A stretch of 64,000 bases of DNA from assembly GCA_030704615.1 (NCBI GenBank), contig CM060733.1, forward strand, positions 31,248,001 through 31,312,000, written 5' to 3'. Position 1 is the first letter of the stretch; every line of letters starts with the position of its first letter. The notes beneath the pieces are model-generated. The model searched no databases. It was not told the origin of the DNA and saw nothing but the letters and a program-made list of their open reading frames with translations. The position numbers and the translations under genes are program-made. This DNA is from Takakia lepidozioides. Taxonomy: Eukaryota > Plantae > Bryophyta. Positions 12,359-25,586 of the stretch are shown piece after piece.

Positions 12359-14531
12359 CTTGGAATGAGATTGGTGACTGACTAGCCCAATGAGCTGCGT
12401 CCAATTTCCCTGATAAGGATAGTCTGACAAGTATTGTTGGCATTGTGCTCTAATCTGAATGGGATATTCCATCCATCTCTGGAGGCCTGGTACTCCGATC
12501 CACACCTCTGCAATGCACCCAGCCATTCTGTGGTGATGGTGGAGTGGTATACCACGTTTTTTCTCAAATAAAAATCTTATTCTTTCCTGTGAGCAAGGTA
12601 TGTTGTCTCTTATTTATGGCGCATGTAGCATTCTTAAGCTCTTTGCAGATGTGATAAATTTTAGTTTGCCTCTAGGGTTTATGTGGAGGTGATGTGATGA
12701 GGGTTATGAACCACATTGTGTTCTTGCCAACAGGCAAAAATAATGTGATGAATATCCTAAAGTACAGGGAATGTGGATTTTTCCTGTGGGGTTCCATGGT
12801 GTTGCTTTGGTTGGAGTATTAGTGTGCATTAGCTTTCAGACAGTACATAGATGACCTTCCAAGATCACGTTCAGATCCGAATTGGCACACCATCCCTACT
12901 CAATGTACCATCTCCTAGAAAGACTGATATGCTCTATTGATTATAAAACACACGCTGGTCAGATCTAGGATCTGCACCCTTATCAAATGCATATTGCTAG
13001 GTTGTTTTGAGTTGAATGATTTGTACTTCGAATTTACAATTCTACTGTCATGTGGCGGAATTCAATCTTCCTCATGGGCTGTCACAGATGTAAGTCCCAA
13101 TTTTTTAGAGCTTGATCAGATTGGGTTTTAAGTGGGGTCACAGCATCAAGCCTGTATGCCCTTCATGGAAGGGAGAGTAGACACTAGACACTCTCAGAGC
13201 CAGAAAAAACTCTTTTTTAAATGTGATGTTGGTGTCTGGGATTGAATTGTATTTTATGACTCTTGGGAAAACCTTGTCACAGCAAATAGTGCTCCCCCAA
13301 ATCTATGCACTGCACTAACAATCCACTGTTCTGCAGATTTTGGTTGTTCACTTCAAGAGATTGGGCAGGTACAGGTTTACTAACGGTGATCCACAAGCTG
13401 CAGGCTTCCGGAGTTTCTGTTCAACTTGTCTTCATATGCCACCAACGAACATGGCAATTGTCTCACTCCTGGCCATCAGTAACTTAATAAATCCAGTTAA
13501 GTTTGGAATTTGAAGACAAACTCTGAAAATTTGCTGTAGATGAAGCACCTGCCCTTTCCACTCTAGAGAGTATGGAAGTATGGCCTTCCAAATTAGTTTA
13601 AGACTTTAAAGAGAGAAGTACTTTCATCTATTAGTACCTTCCTCGCCTTCAATTGACCAATTTGAATACTTGGCTTCACCCCAAGTTCAGCATATAGGCA
13701 GATTTGCATGCACCAATGCTGCACTCTCAACAAAGAGTTCAGTCAAGAGATGCCGAAAGCAAGGTCAGACGACATGGTGCAAGACGTCAAAAATCACAGC
13801 CAGCCCTTCTCTCCCAGACATCCAACACTCAACGAGTAAAAGGAGTCACCGTTCTATCGCAACTATTAAGGCATCTTTAGTTAGTGCATAGAGACCAGAA
13901 AAAGATGTTATCTTGAAGGAGTAATTGGTCTTGAGTTTGCTTCGAAAGAACTGGATGCTATTGCAAGAACTTGCAAGCACAATCAGCTTCTACCAAATAA
14001 GACAGCAATAGCATTCCGGAAGTGGAAACGAGCCACCGTCCATTTCTGTACAATCCTCCAGGGGCATTCATCATTACTGACAATCACAGCACAGGCAACG
14101 CCTCAACAATTACTGACTGTTCACCTTCAAATTCAACAACCTTGAGAGGCAACATGAGCAATTGTACAGCTGGAAATGGAAGTAAGTCAAGTATACCCCA
14201 ATTAGACCAGACAACAATCCCTAATATGGGTAGTGATACAACAGGACATGACATCAGTCTCCAGGTTAAGCCAGCTTTCGCCACAAGTTCTGAACTTCCA
14301 TAGTCCATCCACAATGTACATAAGGTTTCGGTCATGCAGATATTTATAACTAATGACACTTTTCAGCTGTAACATTGCTGGGATTGATATGCCTAACCAA
14401 CAGTTGCAAGCACACTTCTAACATGTTATCGTCTCTGTTCTGGAGATAGAGAATAGAGTGGATCTTACCAGTCTGGCACCTCAGTCTCACCTGGATACTT
14501 GCAAGGTAGTGGTAACCACCTGTAGGACAAT

Positions 14532-14615
14532 TCATCCCCTTTTTCAGACCACTTCACATAAAAGAATGTACTCATCCCCTTTTTCAGACCACTTCACATA
14601 AAAGAATGTACTCAT
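14532..14615. repeat. Perfect 40-bp tandem duplication at the 3' end of the LINE fragment
   Basis: tcatcccctttttcagaccacttcacataaaagaatgtac x2 (14532-14571, 14572-14611). Confidence 0.95.
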
Positions 14616-15080
14616 AAGACATTGTTTGCCGTAGCCTTGTGGCCATTGACCCGCGCCCAGTTTGACCGGAAACCAAAGGGACAGAAACCACCTCTGTCAG
14701 GGGCTGACTTACCTTTACACAAAGAATTGGTTTTCCAGATATCCTCTAGAAATCCCTTCACACAAGCATCAATCTGCTGTGTGTGATTTGCCCAAAAACT
14801 AGGCCTCAGAAGGGCCTGGGCTTTTGGCTCAGCCTCGAGACTTTCAAAGTTCGTAAACAGAGGTACAGGCACAATTCTCTTGATAGATTGGAGGAGAGCT
14901 TCTCTCTGGTGAGAGTACCCCGGACAGTGAATCAGAAAATGAATATTGTCTTCGGGTTGCCCACACAACGGGCAATTGCACTCTCCCTTTCCTCTCTGCC
15001 TCTGTTTACTGTTCAAAGGTAGGCTTCCTGCCCTGACTTCACATAAAAGAATGAGTCTAATAGCTTACCTACACGATTGG
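14612..15080 (-). mobile_element. 5'-truncated non-LTR retrotransposon (LINE) ORF2 C-terminus
   Basis: ...RAGSLPLNSKQRQRGKGECNCPLCGQPEDNIHFLIHCPGYSHQREALL..., the C-terminal Cys/His motif typical of LINE ORF2. A second decayed copy is at about 1.5 kb. Confidence 0.7.
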
Positions 15081-15283
15081 CCAGCTAAAACTTCTCCACG
15101 GCAGCAAGCTGTCCATAAGAGAAATATTGTGTTCCTCAGACTTACATGAGAGTCAGAGCCCATCATCGGCACGGGTTCGCCACAAGGTAGCCGCTCTGTC
15201 CATCTCAAAATTCGCACACAGCTTGCCACCTCAGCGCCAAGCATGTACGAGCGCATGTGACACATCAACGTATGAGAACAAAC

Positions 15284-16021
15284 TTAATACGAGCTGCCAT
15301 GATCAGAATGTGCATCCGAAAATGCATCTTGAGGCTCATCTAACACGCTGGACCCTCCAGATATTCTTTGGCGAAGATCATTAACCTCCGGCTGCAATAA
15401 GAAAAGCCGTTGTTTTAAGGCCCATGTCTCCTCTTGTAGTTGTACTACCTGGTTTTCCTGCCCTACAAGTCTTTCTCCCGAAAGTTGCTGAGAAATATCT
15501 TGAGCAGTGGGCAAAGTCATTTCAAACCGGCTAACATCACGATCAAGCCGCTGCTCTAACTGCTGGACAGACTCTGCATTAATATATAATTGAGTATCAC
15601 CCACCCTACTAAGACCAATAGCAATACTACTAATGCTTGACCGCTCATTAGACGACGATCGAAGACGAATAAAGTCCAGTCATGGAGCCATATCCATTAA
15701 AACCAACTTCTCTCACCTCCTTCTCACCACATACCGAGGTGCTGAAGAGAAGGCAGGAGAAGCGGGAATGACCGGCGATGGCAAACCCCCTGACTGTCGA
15801 ACTCTCATCAGAAACGAGCTGTTGTTGAAAGGAGCCTTGGGAACACTCTTCCTCCTCCTTGGGAAGAATTTCCTTCGCTTCAGTCGGCTTTTCCACTGAA
15901 AGTCTTTACCAGGTCCAGGGCCATAGCATCCCGCACACGCCATACCGGACCACGCTTGCTCTGTCTTTCCATCATTTATGTAACTTGGATTTGAAGTCCC
16001 TCTCCGCTTACGGGGTGCCAT
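15284..16021 (-). pseudogene. PRLI-interacting factor A-like protein, intronless, with two compensating frameshifts (about 15725 and about 15672); pseudogene or consensus error
   Basis: Motifs KRRKFFPRRRKSVPKAPFNNSSFLMRVRQSGG, GFNGYGSMTGL/IRLR, LEQRLDRDVSRFEM and QLQEETWALKQRLFLLQPEVNDLRQR are spread over ORFs 15713-16021, 15648-15896 and 15284-15604. Confidence 0.75.
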
Positions 16022-16795
16022 CCCATCCCTGCATGAGGCGGCGACTCTATAATCGACCTAACGTGCACTTACACCCATGGCCGAATACATTGGCAAGCGA
16101 GAAGCAATGTTTGCTAAACAGCAACTTGCTCTACACAACAAGAATCAACCCGTCCAAACACTCCGATGTCTAAATCTCGTGTGGATGAGACGAGAAATGG
16201 CTTCCTAGGATGAACTGTGGAAGAAGGGAAAGAAGTATTAGGGAAGGGTCGTTCCCAAGGCCCTTCCTGAATTTGAGAGCACCGCGGAAGGTACTTCCCG
16301 CAAATTGGGGAACCCTTCCAAATGCGGAAGGTACTTCCCGTAAATCGGGGGAACCTTGCGGCCAGGGAGGCTCCTTGAATTACAATGAAAAAAATTTGCC
16401 AGTGTTTTACGGACTACGTAACCGTCGAGAGCAGGAGGGTTACTGGTTGCTCTGGGCGGTTACCGGTCATAACCAGCAAGTTGAATGATCAACCGACTTT
16501 AGCCAGTCAGTAGGTTACCATTTGATGAACTGCAGGTATATTCATCAGTCTATCATCCATTTTCCTCAAAATTGCATCCATGCAAAGACATTCATCCTTG
16601 CATCTCGACCAACTTTCATCCATATATGAAGTATTCATTCATGCGGATCACATTCACCCGGGCGGAAAAGTGGATGGCGCGTAAATGTAGGAAACCGGAG
16701 GAAGGCAGTGGTTACAGGATGTGGGCGGTGAGCTGAGAGCCAATGAGAGGATCGAGATCATTCCACCTGCTGGTTATGAACTAGGTAATGGTGAG

Positions 16796-16898
16796 AAGGG
16801 GCTGGGTTATCGGTTGTAGCTGAGGCGCGGTAGCGCTGAAGCTAACACCTAACACGGCCCCTACCGCGCCTCAGCTACAACCGATAACCCAGCCCCTT
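16796..16898. repeat. Perfect 38-bp inverted repeat with 27-nt loop
   Basis: aaggggctgggttatcggttgtagctgaggcgcggtag (16796-16833) is the exact reverse complement of 16861-16898. Confidence 0.95.
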
Positions 16899-17199
16899 TG
16901 AACCGGTTACCAGGCGTAGTCGACTGGATCAGCAGGTCGAGATGACGGCTACCCACTCATTTCATGCCACCTACTGTCATGAGGAGCAGGGTAGGTTATG
17001 GTGGAAGACAAACAGAGGTAAGCCACATATGGTGACAGCCAATCAAAAGTAAGTCTCACTTGGCAAGTTACGGTGGCAGCCAATCAGATTGAAGTCGCGC
17101 GTGACAAGACGTAGGTTATGGTGGCATCCAATGAGCGTTAAGCAGTGTCAGGCGCGCGACGTCTGGAGGGCGGGCTACCCCGCGTAATCCCACATGTTC

Positions 17200-20065
17200 A
17201 GAACCACTAAAACAATGCCACATCATCGACACCTGCTGCTCTACAGTTATTAGCCGTATGACCTTGCAATCCACACCTTCAACAAAGAGGCATGTACTCT
17301 TCCTGCACTCTCCGGGTGGGGCATTCATTCGCATAATGTCCTATTTCGTAACAATGATAACACACATGATATTGACCATTCCTGGTCCGCCTCACAGGTC
17401 CTCCATACTGAGTGTACGGTTGTTGCTCTCCTTGTTGTGGATTCTCCAGTTGTTGAAATGGAGCTCCTCTCCAAACTGGTGGTCTATTAAGTTGACTTGG
17501 AGATTGTGTCCAATTATTGGGCGGTCGGTTCTGCCGAAAGTTGCCTCCCATTTGTGGGCCTTGGGTCTGTCTTTGCCAATTTCCGGAGGTCTGAACTCCA
17601 ACCTGATTGACACCCCCAACCAGCTGCCTGTTGCTCAGCCTTTTGATTATTAGATTTGCCCGGTTGCATTCCCATCGCAGCCTTAAGATGCCAACACTGC
17701 AGCATAGAATGATGTTTCCCACAATACCCGCATTTATCAGGCTCAGCATTGGCAGCAATAGCAGGTGAAGGGCATTTTGTAGCAATATGACCATAGCCTT
17801 TACAATTCCCACACCAAGAATTTGGCCTTTGATTATTGGATTTGGGTCGGCCTTCTCTCTTCTCGGCCATTTTCATCTCCAATTCTCCAAACTTCTTGGC
17901 CAATGCCATAATTGCATCTTTCTGCGACCCTTGGGCTGGTAAAGCTAAAATTTTGGGCGTTCTCTCCTACACCAAAACTAGAGCATACATGCCTACCACT
18001 TCAGGCTGGTACATAGCTGGGGGATAAGCAATTGCCAAAGGCGCAACTGTTACTGGATCCCACAAGCTAGTAATCATAGAGGGTTGGCTTATAGGCAGAT
18101 AGTGTGTGGTAACATGCACCGTCTCCCATAACTTAGCCCAATTAATCAATGCCTGAAGATCTGCTGGCATAGACTCCTTCACAAATCTAATCAATTCTGT
18201 GGGCGTCAATCCCTCAATGAATAATCCCATCTGCATGTGATCAGGGATGGCATGGGGTATTCCATCTCCGGAGTATGTCTTCCAATCTCCCAGCATATGA
18301 ATCATTCACCGGGGGTCATTTGAATTTTAGTCAACTGCTCTCTCAGCCGATCTACAAATCCCAATTGCCGAAATTGTGTCACAAAAGCATTTATCAGGCA
18401 ATACCCGCAATACCCGCTCTCGATGCATTCCAACTAGCAAAGCTTCCATGTGGTTGTCGGTCATACCATTGAAAAGCCAATTCTCGCAAAGTAGCAGGAA
18501 AAATCTTCCGCCAATGCTCATCAGTTATTGCATTATTGGCTATACAGGTTATGATTAATTGGGCCAAATGAGCACCAGAATCCGATCCTTGTCGACCAGT
18601 AAAAGAAGGCATATGGGCAATACTACTAATTCTATCATCGACGTGGCCAAGATTAATAACTATAGGCACCGATTGAAGAGCAACTAGAATGGGAGCTCCT
18701 ACCATAGCTGTTATTGGAGGAGGTGTACTAAATATGGAAGCCAAGGAATAAGTAGATGGTTCCTTAGATTGATGCAGCCTCTACTGCTGTTGCTGCCTTC
18801 TAGCCCGCACTAGAGCCCTATCAGCTCTCGCCTTCACCTAATGAGTTGCTCTTGTTGGAGACTCCTTCATACCCCATCCTTCTCTTCTACTTACTTCCAC
18901 ATAAACTCTGAATCGGGCCAGTCCTCCTTCAACTTACGCCTCTTTCTTCTCCTTGACACCCACTTTGGATTCCTCCTGATTTGATTGATTCACCAATATT
19001 TCCTGACCGACTCCTTCTTTCCGATCCTTCCTACACTCGGTTCGATAGTGGCCTTGAAATTTGCAAAAAGCACACAATCTAGGAATCTTTGGTGGAACTC
19101 CTTTAAGAGTGCTTTCCCCTTCCATTTTTCTATGGCTCTCACCAAGATAACATCATCTTCAACCCACTAGGACCTGATCCTAGCTTATTGTTTGGCCTTT
19201 CCCCGGCAGCGGCGCCAAAAAGATGTAGAATAATATTTAATTTAGACTTAGGTTCCTAAAGTCAATTAATATTATAGATTCGTTCACGGGGAAAGCACAC
19301 AAACAACCCAAAGGATTAGCTATGTCACGATCAATTAATCCCAATAAGCATTCAGTAAGTTATCACCAATAAAATAACACAATTAATTATTCAATTCTCC
19401 TTTTCCATAGTCAATTTCTTCTCCAATAATCTCAATATCACTCCTTCGAATTAATATGAAACATCTCTTCATTTACTTCGTAGAATCATTCAACCAAATC
19501 CACTTGATAAAATTCAATCCAACTCTTATAAAAATAATTGCTTTACTTTTCTCTCCTTCACACATCATTAAATAATATAGAGCCTTCTCTCTCATGTCTC
19601 TGGAATCACTATCATCTCTAGAATTACTAAATCTCTATTGCTAAGAATTGGAAACAACAGACTAGCCTCGTAGTGCTAGGGCCTGGGCACTCTTGCTCAA
19701 ATGACAAATTCTCTATCACGTTCACCCTTTTTATATCACTACTCTAGATTCATCGTGTTCAGCCGAATCTCCCAATTCTAACTTCCCAATTCTAATTCTA
19801 ACCACCCAATTATTCATCCCATTTATCATCCCATTATCCATCCCATTCTAAGTCTGACTTACGATTTATCATCTTATTTTATTTTGTCCATCCCTAATTT
19901 TTCATCCAATTCTACATCCCATTCTACCCAATTTACATCCAATCGGATGATTTTGCAATTTTACTCAATAAAAACCCAAATAATTCTATATTCATATTTC
20001 AATGTCTTCTACTTAGCTTTCTAAACATTGTTCTAACAAAATAGAAAAATAACTATTATTCTACA
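17200..20065 (-). mobile_element. Truncated Athila-like Ty3/Gypsy element: 5' LTR 19224-20065, PBS 19200-19217, decayed gag; no pol or 3' LTR
   Basis: LTR has 12-bp terminal inverted repeats tgtagaataata/tattattctaca. PBS is TGGCGCCGCTGCCGGGGA (tRNA-Asp type). Gag motifs KIFPATLRELAFQWY and zinc knuckles CGNCKGYGHIATKC and CYHCYEIGHYANEC. Confidence 0.85.
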
Positions 20066-20069
20066 GTTC

Positions 20070-21161
20070 TGCATGGCATCCGGATTGCATGGCCATCGTA
20101 GCCCCACTTTCACACTTGAAAATATAATTAAGTCTGAACCTCTTCCCCTTGAAAATATAGAAATTCAGAATATAGGTCCCTCCAGCATTCATGCATGATA
20201 GCACCGACAACCATTCCCTTTCATCCGGCATTATGGAATGTACAGTGCGAGACCCTTTCTTCGCAAGAACCAACGCTCCTCCATTCCGGCCTGCCTAGGC
20301 ACTTGACTCATCAGAATTCCAGATTTTATCCGGTGTGTATTTGTTCAGCTCGTAAATCTTAGCAAGATTCTCGTAAAATGTTGCCACATTAGACGGACAC
20401 CAGCCCTTTGTCTGGCCAATTTCTAATCCTTGTGATACACGTAACGCCAACTGAGGATTTCTACGTTTGAACCAACGGAGCCAGCCCCAGCCAAGGATGT
20501 CGTTTTTGAATGGTGTTACACGCTCCTAGCAAATATCTGCAACTTTCAATCTTAATTGAGTGAGAGTAGGAGGATGTCCAAACCGCCGCATTTTTTCAAT
20601 AGAATTTACCAGTTCTGTTTCTTCCGTCTCGGTGAGTGTCCCTTTAACTCCACGTTTTCTGCTAGTGGTGATTCCACATAGATGATTACGCAAGGACGTT
20701 ACGGCTATCCCAAACTGTCGTGCCGCAGTCCGAATCGGCATTCCATGATCATGTGCACTCATCGCAGCTCGGAGTGAGAAATCCATCCAATTCCCATTTT
20801 TCCTTTGCGGTCCTACTTGACTCCGTTACTTCCGGTGCGGTGCAGGATCATTGAGATTAATTGGTTCCTCGTTCCTTGCCGGCAATGCACCTCCTGAACC
20901 ATTCCCTTCATCGCTGCTAATTGGAGCTTGTGGGACCGATTGACTTTGCTCCTTGATCTAATCAAAGACTCCGTCGCCTTGACCGCATTGGAAGTACACT
21001 TGGGAATGATTCTTCGGAATCTGAGCCCAATCGTAATAGGGGTCTACCTCTCCCCCACTGTCATAGCTTTCGTCTTCATTCAAGCATGAATTTGTGGGTC
21101 TGTGTCTGCTCGATTCATTCTCACTCTCACTAAGTTCGACTATCGACGTGATTCCCCTCAT
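20070..21161 (-). mobile_element. Decayed pogo/Tc1-mariner superfamily transposase (HTH-psq, CENP-B-type HTH, start of DDE), truncated next to the LTR
   Basis: MPIRTAARQFGIAVTSLRNHL...LTETEETELV...GHPPTLTQLRLKVA...GWLRWFKRRNPQL...IWNSDES...EREWLSVLSCMNAGG...FYIFKGKR, with in-frame stops. Confidence 0.85.
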
Positions 21162-22550
21162 AATTTCCTACTAACTCCCTATCAAGAAGCAACGAAATGC
21201 ATCTGCAAGCCTGAAGGACGATCCCATTTCCTACTGATTTGAAAGCGTACTCCAAACTACAAAACTTAGCCGCACAAATCTCACCAGATACATACTCCAA
21301 ATGGCCCGTCATTCTACGTTTAAAAGTTTGCTTGCAAATTTAAATCGGTCCATGATTAATCACACTAACTAACCACTTTGTTGCAATTATAAACGGTGGC
21401 TCGTTTGAATCCTGGTCCACTTGCTGCACTTTCCTAACAGTATGCGTTTGCCAAAACGATTTAAAGAATCCCCAAATATGACTGTCACCTTGTTTTGAAC
21501 CACTTTAATACCTCTGAATATTTACTGTGCATGTAGTTTTCAACGACTAATAATGAACTGCCATGCACGGGGGAGTCACTATATGTATTTTTTCCATATC
21601 ATGTACGTACAAAAGTATATTTATACTAGGCTATATTTTTAAATTTTTGCATTTTTTCCACCCTATCTTTAGATAATATTGTAAAACCCATTGTTTCCTA
21701 ATACCATTTATATATTTTTTGCAACAATTAATTAGACCCTAGTTTAAATTATCTTTTTAAATAATTATAAAATTTGAAAGCATGTACACAAACAACATTC
21801 CATACAATAGTAAAATGCCAGACCCAAGAAAAGTTTAATTTTCATTAGCCACGAACTCATTCAAAGCCGCACCATCACTTGGATCTAAAGAGTACAAATT
21901 CTGAGATGGTTCATATTTCATAGTCACTGATGAGATTATGGGCTCAACATCAATCCATTATGTATCACTAGAATCATACTTGAACTTCAGGTGACCTCTA
22001 CCTTTAGAGAACCAATTCAAAAACACCATAATCGAAGGACCCCCAGATTTGGGTAGAGCATGTTTATTCATCAAATAAGCCTAATGAATGAATTAAGTTT
22101 TGAGAAGATTTCATCTTGATGGATTAGAGTTGGATGAAATATGAGAAACTTCACAGGGATGGATACTTTACCGTACTTGCCTACACTATTCGTCAGGACC
22201 CTGCAGGACTAAGCAATATTTCTTGAAGAAGGGGTCCAGCAGGCTTTTTAGGAATTTCTGCAGTTCCGACAGTAATCACGATTCTAGCAACGACCGAAGG
22301 TCGAGAGCTAGTTTAGCGTAGAGCAGGAATAGGGTGCCATAGTGCCACATCATCATCGCCACGTGTCATAGCCACCTGTCGTAGTCACCTGTCGTCGCCA
22401 CGTTTCGTACGTCGTCAATTTCTTTCTATCTGACCGGATTGCCCGAAAAATCCGAAAATAACTTCTTGAACGGTACTTCGTCGAGACTGACCCTTTTCCT
22501 CCCTGCTTCTATTTGATGTTCAAAGGAGAGAGAGAGAGAGCGCGAGCACA

Positions 22551-23537
22551 ATGGCTACATAGGTTGATAAGGCCTGGCCACAAGATCGAGAACAGTATGG
22601 TGATGGAAGATTTCAAAGTGCGGTTCTGGTGTAGACGGTGGAGCTCCTTTGGAGCTTGCAGATGAAAGTGAGTATGACTCACAGTGACACAGCCTTGTCA
22701 TGCACAAGCTTGTTTAGCCTCTTGGACATGTTGAAATATTCCTCATTGTGTAGTGTCCAATGAGCTCACAGTGACTCGCGTGAATGCTGTTGAAAACTAA
22801 ACTAGAACTCCTTCAAAAAAGAACCTGTCACAGTTTTGATTGTGTCCGATTTTCGGGCACAAACGTCTACAGTGCTGCCATGAAGTTTTGAAAGATCTCT
22901 ATAATGGTGGGACAGCCGTAAAGGCAAAGTGTAGCTTTCGTAGTGTACAATGTGAAGAAGTTTGTCCGTTGTGCAAAAGTGGGCCCTTCATGATTTGTTC
23001 TTTGCCGTGTTGTTTACAATGTACTTGGGAGGGTCGGCTCGGTTTTTCAGGCGGTGCTTCAATCTATTGCGCCTCAGCTGCACCGTGGTGGTCCTCAGAG
23101 ACCAATCAGTTATCACCCAACTACAGACACAAGCAGCGCACATAAGAAGTCCTTTGGGTTGGTGGTTGGTTGAATTCCCCTTCGGTGAAAGAAAAGCTAG
23201 TTTCCTTCATGACACAAGGTGAAGGACAATGTGGTGAGGGCACCTTCTTCTTCAACACATTTAAGCCTGCTTTGTCCTCTTATCAGAATCATCCCTAATG
23301 TTTCATGTTGAATTCTGCAAAGTTATCTCTTTGGGTGGATCTATGGTGACATGTTACTGCCAAGTTGGGCAACATGCAAATATCCAAAAACAGAAAACAG
23401 AGACGAGGAGAAGTTTTGGAACGAATATTTCTTGGACCCCAGTCAATGGTCAGACAATCGAGGCGAAAAGGAGAATGCTTGTTAAACTATAGAGAAGTAG
23501 ACAACAAGATGCATCACAAAGCTTTCTTGGAAATTGT

Positions 23538-23572
<35 letters not shown>

Positions 23573-24757
23573 CAGCACATTTTTAAAGTCTTGGGACCAA
23601 TTCAGAGTAGGAGCTAGTGTGTGATCAATAGGGTTTGGGTGTTTGCTAGAAAAAATCAGCTGTCATTGTCAGCTTCTAGCAGCAAGGGCAAGGTCTATGC
23701 ATTAATGGTGCTGAGGAAGGGATAGCTGAAGGAGAGCAGGGATAGAGTGTGGGTCCAGATTCATCCAAGAGGGATGGATATCAGGCACAATAGTGCCCAT
23801 GATTCCCTGTGGATTGATAGCTACAGGAAACCTGCATGGGTAGATGGTCAACTGGAAACAGCGGCAGCGGCATATTTGATAAAATCAGGCGCTCCACCAT
23901 GGCCATAGCTTCCAAGGGAGGACCAAGAGAGGGAGTCCACAATACCACTTCTGGCACTTCTGGGCACGTGAGGATGCTATGTGAGGCAGGGCAATTGAAA
24001 GAGGCTCTACAGATTTTGAAGGGTTTCAGCAGATTCAGCAGATTCAGATACTTATGTCTGTCTCTTGCATAAGTGCATCAAGATGAAAGGCCTAGAAGCC
24101 GGAAAACAGGTGCATGCTCACACTATCCAAAGTGGATTCAAGCCCAACGTTTTTCTATGCAACACCCTTGTTAACATGTATGTGAAGTGTGGGAGCATTG
24201 TGGATGCACAGTGAGTGTTCAACAAAATGCCTGAACAAGGTTTGATCACGTGGAATATACTGATGGCTGAACGAGATGTGATCTCGTGGAACGCGATGAT
24301 CGCTGGATATGCTCAGCGTGGGTGCGGGATGAAGGCTTTGGAGACCTATGAGCAAATGATTCAGGAATGGTTGAACCCAGACCAGGTCACATTCGTTTCC
24401 ATTTTCAATATGTGTGCAAGCCTGGAAAAGGGCAAAGAGGTCCATGGTGATATCGTCAAAGCTGGAATTGTACCAGATGTCATTCTAAACAATGCCCTCA
24501 TTGACATGTATGCCAAAGGCGGAAGCATTGAAGATGCAAAGGGAGTGTTCGTCAGGATGGCTGAACGAAATGTGGTATCATGGAGTGTTATGATTGCAGG
24601 ATATGCACAACATGTGTGTGGAATTGATACTGCCAATGTGACGACAAGAAAGTATCCCGAAACAGGTAACATAGACGAGGAGAAGCTGTGGAATGAATAC
24701 TTTTCTGACCCCAGTCAATGGTGGGACAATCGAGGCAAGAAGATGAATGTCTGTTAG
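22551..24757 (+). pseudogene. PDF-PDF-PLS-PPR fusion pseudogene: possible organellar transit exon, two intron-split OSB-type PDF motifs (22870-22928 + 23101-23200; 23380-23470 + 23759-23855), then PLS PPR repeats
   Basis: WWDSRKGK | TNQLSPNYRHKQRT*EVLWVGGWLNSPSVKEKL; EEKFWNEYFLDPSQWSDNRGEK | IHPRGMDIRHNSAHDSLWIDSYRKPAWVDGQL; then LCEAGQLKEAL...GKQVHAH...NTLVNMYVKCGS...DVISWNAMIAGYAQ. Stops and frameshifts are present. (GA)n lies just upstream at 22526-22540. Confidence 0.8.
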
Positions 24758-25586
24758 ATTACAGAGAGTAGCAGGCGCAATTGAGCATAGGAACTGTGGA
24801 ATTTATAGCCTCCATTCTTCTAAGTTTACTTTCTCTACTGTCCAGAAATCAATCAGAAGGTTCATGGATACAGCAGGCAAGGGTACCACCGACAGTTTGG
24901 AGGCTGTGATGGCTGCATATGTGTGGGGAAAAAGAAGCTCCTCCTGGAACAGGAGTGAAGATTGACCTGCATTGGCAGCATCCGCAGGCAAGTCATGCAC
25001 CCTTTCATGTACCCTCCTCTTCTTCCACAGACTTTAAACCAAGGAGGCATTTCAGCAGATTCAGAAACGTATGTCAGAGCAGAAGTTGCGAGAGCTGCTG
25101 CTGGACGGCGAAAGCAACAGGTGCTTGGCATTCAGGTGTATGCCTCTACCTCAGCCAACAGGAATGTGATAGTCTTGGATTTTGGATGCTGTAGAAGTTT
25201 GAGATGGTCTAATTGTGTTTGGTTTCCCTGCAAACTTTCCTGATTCATTCCCCTATGTTTTGACCATTCCCCTATGTTGGGAGAGGGTTACTGTATTTCA
25301 CAAGTCACTGAGGGTTGGACCAACTATTTGAGGTTCTATTACCATTTCATGTGCTACTTATGGTGAAGCAAGTGCAGTGTTAGAGCTGACTTTATCTGGA
25401 TCATTTGTCAGAAAACTAGACCTGTTCTCACTCGAGATAGTGACAGGGAGCTTCTATTCACAAGCAGCAGTATAAAAGCTTGACAGCTGAAGGATACAGA
25501 AATTAGCTAGTACTAACAAGATGAGAAAACTGGACGTTGGAAGCTCCCTTGCTCCCTACTACAAAAGAAAGCTAGTAGAGTGTAGA

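Noticed and set aside
13500-14530. Moderately long open frames suggesting a gene or TE fragment
   Set aside because: No recognisable motif or splice structure in any frame.
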